Origin: Octopus vulgaris
Lineage: Eukaryota
Reading direction: 5' to 3'
Assembly (NCBI GenBank): GCA_951406725.2
Contig: OX597818.1
Coordinates: 126,604,001 to 126,668,000, forward strand
Length of the DNA: 64,000 nt
The first letter of the stretch is position 1. Every line of letters starts with the position of its first letter. The notes beneath the pieces are model-generated. The model ran no database searches, had not been told where the DNA came from, and worked only from the letters and a program-made list of their open reading frames with translations. Both the position numbers and the translations under genes were made by a program. Of the stretch, positions 53,588 through 64,000 are shown one piece after another.

Positions 53588-54502
53588 GGTAGTTTACTAA
53601 TTTTGATTAAATGACCCAGTCTCACCCTATAGCAAAAGTAATGCCAAATTTAAGGACTAACCACATTTGACAATATCAAAAGTCAGAGCAGTGATAAATA
53701 TCGAAACCATAACTGACATTAATAATATAAACGTGAATACACCCCATTTAACGATCGAATATTTGGAACTACTTGAACCATTAAGTCGAAATGGTCCAGT
53801 AGCATATAATAGTGAGAGAGAACAGTTAACTTTACTTTTAGCAAACATGATGGAAATTAGGAAAATGTTTCAGCCTTATTATGCCTCTTCAGTGAAGCAT
53901 AGTAGCTATCATAACAGCCTGATCTGATTCGTGATGAGAAGAAATTACTATATACCTGCACAATAGTGTACAGGAGTAGATATTAAGCGATACGTACATA
54001 TACCTATACACACATATTATTTATATGTGAATGGCTCAGTGGCTAGAGCGTCAGGCTCTCGATCATGAGGTAGTGAGTTTGATTTCCAGACAGGGCTGTG
54101 CGTTGGGTTCTGAACCAAGACACTTATTTCACGTTGCTCCAGTTCACTCAGTTGCAGAAATGAATTGCGACGTCACTGGTGCCACGCTATATCGACATTT
54201 GCCTTTCGCCTGGTTAGAATCGGTGGCGTGGAGATGGGAGGGAGGGATTCATGGGTGACTGTTGGTCTTCCATAAACAACCTTGATCAAACTTGTGCCTC
54301 GGAGCAGAACTTTCTAGGTGCAATCCCATGGTCATTCATGACCGAAGGGCTTGTTTTAACCCTATTTATATATATACATCACCGTCACCGTCACCGTCAC
54401 CGACCAGGCTATCAGATGTTGCTACACATCGCTGGTCACAATGCGCTTCGCATTGTTTTAGCCTTCAAATGACGCCACCCCGCTGGCTAAGCAAGCAGGC
54501 CA

Positions 54503-54581
<79 letters not shown>

Positions 54582-55494
54582 CGTGCGTGCGCGTGAGTAT
54601 GTGTATGTGTGCGTGAGTGTGTGTATGTGTGTGTGTGTGCGCGCGCTTATATACACATACTGACATAAATAATTATATATATATGTATGTACGCATTGCA
54701 TATATGTATGTTCTTGTATTTGTATACATGTGTGTATGTATGCATGTATATTCATGTTGGTGTGCGATATAAGAAACCTATAGAAACAGAAATAAAAACG
54801 AGGGAAAGAATTCAGAGAATGAAAGAAAAGAGAAAAAGAGAACAAGAATAAAAATCATTAAGGAATAAGATATGTATTTGTTTCTGTGTGCGTGTGTGTG
54901 TGTGTGCGTGCGTGTGTGAATGTGTGTGTGTGAGAATGTCAAAAAGACCAAATTACCATTAATTTGACAAGTTTACAAGAGACCCTAATAATCAACCGGT
55001 GGCTGTCAAAAGAAGATTAGTTTTCATAGATCGTCTTTTTTTTCACGGGGTTTGTGATGAAGTGTGTTGGAGGGGGACGTTCCAAATTGCAAACAATTGT
55101 CTCGTAGATTGCTTATTGTAATACTGTCGTTAATCGTGTTATTATTACTGTTGTTGTTACTATTGTTGCTGTTGTTCTTCTTCTTGTTGATGATGATGAA
55201 TGATGATGATGGTGGTGATGACGATGTCAACAATGATGGCGTGGTTTTATACCTTCTTTTTTGTTCTTATCTGATGGTGTATTATTTCTGTATATATTTT
55301 TGCATTATGTCATATTTTTTTTTGGAAATTTTAGTCTTATTTTTGTAACCATTTTTCCACAGACTCCTACTTTTCATCATCATTGTATATCATCGTCACC
55401 ATGATCATCATGATCATCATCATGGTCATAATTATCATCAATGACGTCGTTATAGTCGTATTCATTATCATCATAATCCTCCTCTTCCCCATCA

Positions 55495-55532
<38 letters not shown>

Positions 55533-55672
55533 ATGTATGTGTGTATATATACATATGCATATATATATACACATGTAAATATATACATATGTGTGTGTAT
55601 ATGTTTACTTGTATATGTATATTTGTATACATGTACCCATATATTTACAGACAGACAGACAGGCAGACAGGC

Positions 55673-55736
<64 letters not shown>

Positions 55737-55796
55737 GGATAGATAGATTATATTTAGTTATTATTATTTGCGTTGTTCTTTAGTAGTAGTAGTAGC

Positions 55797-55869
<73 letters not shown>

Positions 55870-58335
55870 GCAGCAGCAGTAGCAGCAGCAGCAGTAGTAG
55901 CAGTAGTAGTAGTAGTAGCATTAGTAGTAGTAGTAGTAGGAGGAGGAGTGGGGGACAAGCTATAGATACAGTGTGTCCAATGTTTTTAAAGAAATTAAGG
56001 GTAATACAAATGGGATAATAGTAATAAAAGCTACGAACTTCTATAGTTTATATAACCTCCAGAGTTACGAACCCTCCAGCGACAGTGATGGCGATGCTGT
56101 TGATCGTTTGGTAGGTAGTTCAGCTGGAAATATAGCCGCAGTTCAGGTTTTCACATTTAATCTATTTATTTAACAATCTGACATTCTCTTTGTTTCCACC
56201 TTTCTCTCATCTCCATTTGCCTTTTCTTTCTTTCTGGTTTTTTTTTTCTCATCTGTATCTCTCCATCTCCGAATTTCATTCCGACTCTCCGTTTACTGCT
56301 ATCTTTCTCACCTTCTATCAGTTCTGCTCACCATTGTTAATGATGTCCTCATGTGACACCAGTAATTACCCACCCACATTTATATAATTTAATACATTAG
56401 ACCTGCCATTCCGTGATCTTTCTTGCAATGAGCTCATGTTTTATTTTATTAAATTCTATCTTTGTCTCACCGTAGTTCTGCACATGTCATTTCCATCTCA
56501 GTGGGTAACTCGGGTAACGAACGACTTGATAATTCCAACCAATTTGCCGAGAGAAATTCTTTCACGACAAATTTATTTGGAATTAACTGCTAATTTTGTA
56601 GTTGAAGATGAAGCTAGTTGGAAGTTCTTTCCGTATGCAACACACAACATATTGGAGCCCTTTTTACTCATGAATCACGCACAGCTAAATCCTTCCCAGT
56701 CCATATAAATGCCTGACCTTACAATCTCTATATAACCTACAGCATTCTTAGCGCTTAACCATGGCGGAAAGTACAGTGCTTATGACCCGTTTGAGGACTA
56801 CTGGAATTTACCTTCAACTGGAAACCTGGTCTTAATGCTTGCAACAGAGTGGACATCCCTAATCTACATAAGGAGCAGGTTGTATTATTAAACAGGATGG
56901 TCGTCATCGAATAAGCCAGAATGAACATTAACTACAAAATGTAACGCGAAACATCTCGTCTAGCGATGTAACAATTCCACCAATTCACTGCCTTGTAATG
57001 GTACTTTATTTTATTCCACCCTTTCCCGAAACGCAAAGATGACACAGCGAAATTTGAACTTGGAGTGCAGAGACTTATAAAAAATACCGCAAATAAATTT
57101 GTACCATGTTCCAACAATTCTACCAGTTCACCACCTACAATTATATGACGTAGACAAGGATCAAATGAAAAAATTCCTCTACGAGACTAGCTAGGAAAAA
57201 GAAACCCACGGTAGCCATATTTTCTTCAACTAATAGCCTACTGATCTGAAGGTTGGGATAGTTACAACTGGAGTACATTTTGATTGTAGGACTGCCTATC
57301 TACGACCGACCTTATGCTAAGTAACAGCTGCTTCATGAGTAAATCTGCATCGAAATGAATAGTTTTCTCTTCAGGGGCATTAACTTCACAGCAGCTACTA
57401 CCGTTACTGATCCTAGGCAAATGTATGAGAAATGCTCGTATATCTAGGGGCTGTGTTAGCGCTGTTTCTCAAGCAAATATTCTAAGCTACACACTCCGCC
57501 CCACAAAAGTTACCCAAATGATTGGTAGACAATCGTGTACGAATACATAACAATTATAGCCCACATACAACCTATATTCTAAAAGATATGGTAAAGAAAT
57601 CGCATTTAAATTTACATAAATGATACAACGGATAGTGTTGTCCTGTTTCTGAAAAACTGTTGGGTTAATGATGACTGAAGTACCCCTGATGAAAGATAAG
57701 CACGATCAGTGTTAATTTGGCACTAAACATTCTGGCTTTTCAATGATATATATACTTCTTTAAGTATGTATATTCTTTGAGTATGATATATAGAGAAACA
57801 TTTTACACAGTTTATCATTGGTGGAACATCGGAAACTATATCTATACGGAGAGACAGAAACATGGTTGAAAATAGCGTTAGTGACTCGAAGCCGGCGAAG
57901 GGGAGCAATTAAATCGCAATCATTTTATCTGCAAGAAATAGTAGCCAAATCTCTTTCTTTCTTTCTTTCTCTCGCCATTTCCTCTCTCTTTCTCTTTCTC
58001 TCAACCAAAACCATGTCCATTTAAAAACAAAAATGACATAAAAAATACATGTAAAGTAGAACCTTCCTACTTTCACAAAACAAATAACAATGGTCACGGT
58101 TAGAATATCTTTAATATGTCCGCTCAGTCGTGGCTGACGTTGGGGATTCCGCAGTAAGATTTTCATCAATGTTGCTGTTTAGGCGAGTGCAATCCAAATC
58201 GCTTCACTTAAGTTGAAATTTGTATCGCCTCGAAAAGCTGCGGCTTGATAAAACAAGAAGAAGAGGAAACAATACAATGTATACACACACACACACACAC
58301 GCACGCGAACACGCTTATATATATATATATATATT

Positions 58336-58560
58336 TGTTTCTTTACTACCCACAAGGGGCTACACACAGAGGGGACAAATAAGGACAGACAAACGGATTA
58401 CGTCGACTCCAGTGCGTAACTGGTACTTAATTTATCGACCCCGAAAGGATGAAAGGCAAAGTCGACCTCGGCGGAATTTGAACTCAGAACGTAACGGCAG
58501 ACGAAATACAGCTACACATTTCGCCCAGCGTGCTAACGTTTCTGCCAGCTCGCCACCTTA
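58336..58560 (-). mobile_element. SINE family A monomer, Tx1-like tail, head-to-head with the trimer
   Basis: Reverse complement of the family A sequence; separated from 58575 by a short (TA)n. Confidence 0.9.
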
Positions 58561-58574
58561 TATATATATATTAC

Positions 58575-59173
58575 AAGGCGGCGAGCTGGCAGAAACGTTA
58601 GCGAGCCGGGCGTAGTGCGTAGCCGTATTTCGTCTGTCGTTACGTTCCGAGTTCAAATTCCGCCGAGGTCGACTTTGCCTTTCATCCTTTCGGGGTCGAT
58701 AAATTAAGTACCAGTTACGAACTGGGGTCGATGTAATCGACTTAATACCTATGTCTGTCCTTGTTTGTTCGCTCTGTGTTTAGCCCTTGTGGGTAATAAA
58801 GAAATAGGTATTTCATCTGTCGTTACGTTCCGAGTTCAAATTCCGCCGAGGTCGACTTTGCCTTTCATCCTTTCGGGGTCGATAAATTAAGTACCAGTTA
58901 CGAACTGGGGTCGATGTAATCGACTTAATACCTATGTCTGTCCTTGTTTGTTCGCTCTGTGTTTAGCCCCTTGTGGGTAATAAAGAAATAGGTATTTCGT
59001 CTGTCGTTACGTTCCGAGTTCAAATTCCGCCGAGGTCGACTTTGCCTTTCATCCTTTCGGGGTCGATAAATTAAGTACCAGTTTCGCACTGGGGTCGATG
59101 TAATCGATTTAATCCCTTTGTCTGTCCTTGTTTGTCCTCTCTGTGTCTGGCCCCTTGTCGGTAGTAAAGAAAT
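58575..59173 (+). mobile_element. SINE family A trimer (183-184 bp units), Tx1-like tail
   Basis: Units start at 58625, 58808 and 58992; near-identical. Confidence 0.92.
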
Positions 59174-59525
59174 ATATATATATATTGCTAGTTTTAGTGA
59201 TTTTAGAACTAGTTATTTTGCTCGTTACGAGATCAGCTGCTATCTGCCGCTTCTCTGTTTATATATTGTGAGTGGGGATGATTGACTGCCATCTCTAGCA
59301 GGCAGGTATGGGCACCGATGAAGAGTAAATACCAAGAAATCATGGTCTACTGGTCTTGCCAAGCTGGAGGGGAGTGATTTGCTCTCTTACTTACTATAAA
59401 TCGGACACAGGCTGTGTGTCGTTAACCAGCTGAAAAAGACGTTTTCCTGACGTTAAAATACAGCAACATAGTTATTTATAGAACACCCATATTATAGCGT
59501 CAAGAAAACGTTATATATGTGTGTG

Positions 59526-59557
<32 letters not shown>

Positions 59558-60039
59558 TGTATGTATGTATGCGTGTGTGAGTGTGTGCGCGTATGTGTGC
59601 TTGTGCGGTGTGTGCGTGTGACCTCACCAAAGAAAGGATGTTTAGAGATAAATCTTTCAAAATCTTTTAAATCTTTTATATCTCCTTAATCCAGGGCTCT
59701 ATTTATTTGAAGGGTTCTAATCCACCAATCACTAATGACACACAAAAAAGAAGGCATTTTCCCATCCCTCACCCCCGTAACAATCAGCAACTGGGATTTA
59801 AAGAAACTAAAATATAAGGGAGTAAAAGAAGAAAAAAACAAGACTTTACAAAACGAGATCAGAAAAGACGGAAAACATATATATATTAGAATAACCCTGG
59901 GCATTCCTGCCATATTTTCCCGCCAATTTTTCTTATGTATATTTCAGTATTTGATTTTCATTTTTGATATATATATATATGAAAAGAAAATTCAATTATT
60001 TACATAAAATTGCGCGTACACAAGCCACAGACACACGCA

Positions 60040-60123
<84 letters not shown>

Positions 60124-60390
60124 CCCTCTCTCTCTCCTTCTCTTTCTCTCAGACACACACTCATATCTATAAATATATATACATACTTTTACATAATACC
60201 TGCATATATGTGTATGTCTCTATGCGTGTGTGTGTACATATATATACATATGTATATATGCATGTATGCATATATGTAAATGCATATATGTATGTGTATG
60301 AACGTACATACGAATATACACATATACATGCATGTATGTATGTATGTATGTATGTATGTATGTATGTTTGTTTGTTTGTTTGTATGCATG

Positions 60391-60424
<34 letters not shown>

Positions 60425-60599
60425 TGTATGTATGTATGTATGCGTAAATCTCTATTGATTCAGCGTCAAATTACAGAACTCAATAAAAATGTAGAGTATT
60501 GTTCTAACACATGATAACGGAAATGTTCCAATTTCCATTATTTAGAGTTGCTCGTTTTCGGTAACCGCCTGGCTAAGTCAATAATATACAGTGCAAAGG

Positions 60600-61490
60600 T
60601 TGAAACAAACAGCTGTGATCAACTTTGAACATGTATTGGGGTACCGGAATTCTCATCCAAATGCCGTTATTACCAATAAATATTCATCGTCGAAGGTTAT
60701 ATGGTTCTTGCGTGAGGCAAGACCTCATGAATTCAAGATTATATGGTCTATTGCAGATAATGCGTAACCTTACAGGAACGGAATTCAAATTAACAATATG
60801 TTGTGATCTTTGCTTGGTTGAAAAACTGAGAATTTTTACTCAAGGTATCGATAGTTTGAACAAAAGAAATGACCTGTTAACGATTTGTATTCATGCGGGT
60901 AAGTATTTTTTTTTTTTTTTTTGTTTTTGCAAATAGATTCCTCCTTGAAATTCGTTGTGGATTTGAAATTAAAAAATGTTTAATTAATAAGCTGAATTGA
61001 TATGTTTCTGAGCGTGTGTGTGTGTGTGTGTAACAGAAGCACGCGCAAAATGAACACCCGCACACACACTCTTATTTAATTAATTAAAAGGATTAATTAA
61101 AGACATTACTTAAAAGTATTATTTTGGAACATTGCTTAAACAGCAACGCAATTTCTTGACTTCGATTGTATGGAGTATATTACGTTTATGATAATATTAC
61201 CACGTGTACTAAAATTGAAATCAAGAGCATGAGCTGGAAGCGGCCGTTTCTCGCAGGTGTTGTTCACAAAGGTTTTTTAACGAAAGAACATAAGGATAAG
61301 CGTTTCCTTCAGATTTTCATTTCACATTTCAAAGAATATTCAGACAGCTCATGCTCAAAAGTAAGCCAGGCTCGGTTTACCAGCTGATGATCGGAAACGA
61401 GCGACACTGAGTTTTCTATACGCTGCCTTCTCAGTTTTATTTTTTCCCCGTTTCTTCTATTATTCAATGTTTTAGTTCGTCATGATATGT
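60600..61490 (+). mobile_element. Penelope-like element 3' fragment (C-terminus of GIY-YIG endonuclease region plus downstream pLTR-like sequence)
   Basis: CDLCLVEKLRI...SLNKRNDLLTICIHAGKY matches the CxLCLxEK...LNKR.E...C.H pattern of PLE ORF ends. Degenerate CAG-CTGATGA...CTG at ~61381-61409. Confidence 0.65.
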
Positions 61491-61514
61491 GGTTTGTGCC
61501 TGAAGAATATGAAG

Positions 61515-61880
61515 AAAAACCACTCAGTGACAAATACCCAAAGTGAGCTAATAATACCGATGTTGACAAAGCCCTTACCCATCAATGGTTAGTGTCTTCT
61601 GGCTTAAAGTCAGAAACAGAAGGGTTTATCATAGCAGCGCAAGATCGATGCCAACCTACAAGGAACTACCAGACCAACATAATAAAGAACGGCAAGTCAA
61701 CAACAAAATGAAACCATTGATCATATTATCTCTATGTGCAGTCTTCTTGCGCTAACAGAGCATCTCAACAGGCATGATAGAGCTGCACAATATATTCACT
61801 GGGTAATTTGCAAAAACCTGGACCTGGCCCATAAAAAAAACTGGTGAGGACAAATTACAAAGCAAAAGTCAAACATACAA
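61515..61880 (+). mobile_element. Dong/R4-like LINE fragment
   Basis: HQWLVSSGLKSETEGFIIAAQD and NETIDHIISMCSLLALTEHLNRHDRAAQYIHWVICK; followed by an AAT-like tail. Confidence 0.8.
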
Positions 61881-62110
61881 TAATAGTAATAGTAATCCTT
61901 TCCACTAAAGACACAAACCCAGACTACTGGCGGGAGGGAACTAGTCGATAACACCGATCCCAGTATTCAACAGGTAATTATTTTATTGACCACGAAAGGA
62001 TGGAAGGCAAAGTCGAACTCGGCGGAATTTGAACTCAGAACGTAGCGACGGGCGAAATACCACTAAGCGTTTCGTCCGTCGCGCTAACGAATCTGCCATC
62101 TCGTCGCCTT

Positions 62111-62147
62111 AACAACAACAACAACAACAACAACAACAATAATAATA

Positions 62148-62180
<33 letters not shown>

Positions 62181-62241
62181 ATAATAATAATAATAATAAC
62201 AATAATATAATAATAATAATAATTATTATTATTATTATTAT

Positions 62242-62288
<47 letters not shown>

Positions 62289-62296
62289 TAATAATG

Positions 62297-62328
<32 letters not shown>

Positions 62329-62452
62329 TGAAAGAAGAAGAAGAAAAAGTTGAAGAAGATATTGAAGAAGAAGAAAGAGGAGGAGGAGGAGGAGAAGAGA
62401 GAAGAAGGAGATGAAGAAGAAGAAGAAGAAGAAGAAGAAGAAGAAGAAGAAG

Positions 62453-62482
<30 letters not shown>
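62111..62482 (+). repeat. Compound (AAC)n/(TAT)n/(AAT)n/(GAA)n trinucleotide block
   Basis: Direct read. Confidence 0.95.
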
Positions 62483-62484
<2 letters not shown>

Positions 62485-62559
62485 GTGGTAGTAGGGGAGG
62501 ATTAAAGTTGAGTAAAATGATGGAAGACCCCGAATGCGTTTTCGCTTTATCTTTAAACA

Positions 62560-63140
62560 CTGCTTGTCAGTTGGATGACCTTTGCTGACTTGACTTATTA
62601 AATACACATCACCACTCACCTTACTCCCTTAGACCCTAACCGCCAACACTTATACCCCTCTCCTCGCTGAACCCTCTAAGCCTACTTTTAATCACCACCT
62701 CCAACACACAACGTACTCATTACACATAGCCCTCTCACTTGACGTCCCAGAATCTTTCTTCGTATCTTCAGCCAAATCCATCCTTTTTTTCTGTCACACA
62801 AATCCACACGCGCGCGCGCACACAAATATATATTAACACCATTATTGAACCCCTTAATAGTCACCTCTTACTCCGTTGCAAACAAAGGTTTACTTTCACT
62901 AACACCAGTCCTCTCACTCAGCGACACTGAATTCCCTTTCACTCAACGAACCAACTCCCACCATTACCCACACACATCTACTACGCTCCCCCACCCAATC
63001 TCTTTTGTCACTCCACCTCTCACATTACTCTTGTTACACACCAAACTTACCAATTGTTCTTCTCCTCATACCCACACCACTCGTTTTGAAAGTAGTATTT
63101 TAATGTGTTATCTAAGACCTAATGAACGTAGCCAAGGGTT
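62560..63140 (-). mobile_element. Decayed LINE (RTE-like) 3' fragment
   Basis: VLEVVIKSRLRGF resembles the RLRW.GHV region of RTE-type ORF ends; heavily degenerate. Confidence 0.35.
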
Positions 63141-64000
63141 GAGAAAGTGTGTGCTTGTGTTTATATAGGTGCACGTGTTTGCGGTTGTGTGTCTGCGTGT
63201 GTATCATGTGAACATTCAGGCATGCCAGTATCTTTTATCTTTGTAGTCATGGAAAAAAAGCACTGTCCATGACCCTTCAAACGACCTCTGGCGAGAGGAA
63301 GTGAAACGGTCTCTTCAAACTGAAAATCTGACCTGAATGATTGCAATAGATTGGACTTCACTAAAAATACCCAAAGTGCCAGGTGGTGATATGAAACCGG
63401 GACATGGATTAAGTCTGCCACTCATACTACAAGTGAGTTTGCGTTTGTATTTGACAATGTGAGCGTATGTCTCTCTCATATATTATAGTCGCTATTTAGC
63501 TCCCGGTGAGTAGGCAAACCTATGGTAAAAAGGCGCTTCAGCATTGATTAATCTGCTCTTTTACCAAAGGATAACACAGCTACGATATCATTACTCAATG
63601 TTTTGCTATTTCTAAGACGGCAAAGTGTGATTTAAAGAAAATTTGTTTGTTATTTCTAGCAGGCCGAACGGCGACGCAGAGATTGTATCCTTGAATATAT
63701 GGATGCGTGCAAGCGTATTTATGACTGAATGGTTAAGAATCTCAATTCCAAAGCATGAAATCCGATGTTCGATTTTTCTACATGCTATCTTTGCCAGGCG
63801 ACTTATACCATAAATTTTGGTTAACCCTTACCTTGTTAATAAAGTTGAGTGGACAGAAATAGTTTGGAAGCCCGTTAGATGGACTAGAAATTTAACGGAT
63901 GACGGAATGTACTTATCACGTCGTGTGACAACATTTTCACCAGTGAATTACAGGAAAAGTATACCTGGTTTTGAAATACTCAACCAAGTATAACATAATT

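Noticed and set aside
58625-59173. CRISPR-like regular repetition
   Set aside because: Whole 183 bp units repeat with no unique spacers; a SINE multimer in eukaryotic DNA.

Overview
Repeat-dense, AT-rich eukaryotic genomic DNA with no confidently identifiable host gene. The microsatellite load and tRNA-derived SINE families are what I would expect of an octopod cephalopod (inference). Most ORFs in the track are microsatellite translations. The main element is a near-intact 5.3 kb Tx1-clade (L1-like) non-LTR retrotransposon on the minus strand (ORF1 with CCHC knuckle; ORF2 APE-RT-Zn finger with three frameshifts), bracketed by (GATA)n. There are also many SINEs of several families, fragments of mariner/Tc1, Helitron, Dong/R4, CR1/RTE and Penelope-like (PLE) elements, and several MITE/foldback structures. 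Most interesting: (1) at least six minimal type I hammerhead ribozyme motifs in short, mostly (TA)n-adjacent, PLE-like elements, two of them in a near-perfect ~390 bp inverted repeat, with the catalytic 3-8 pair present as C-G, U-A and G-C; (2) one SINE subfamily shares its last ~41 nt with the 3' end of the Tx1 LINE and occurs as multimers with one recurring junction.
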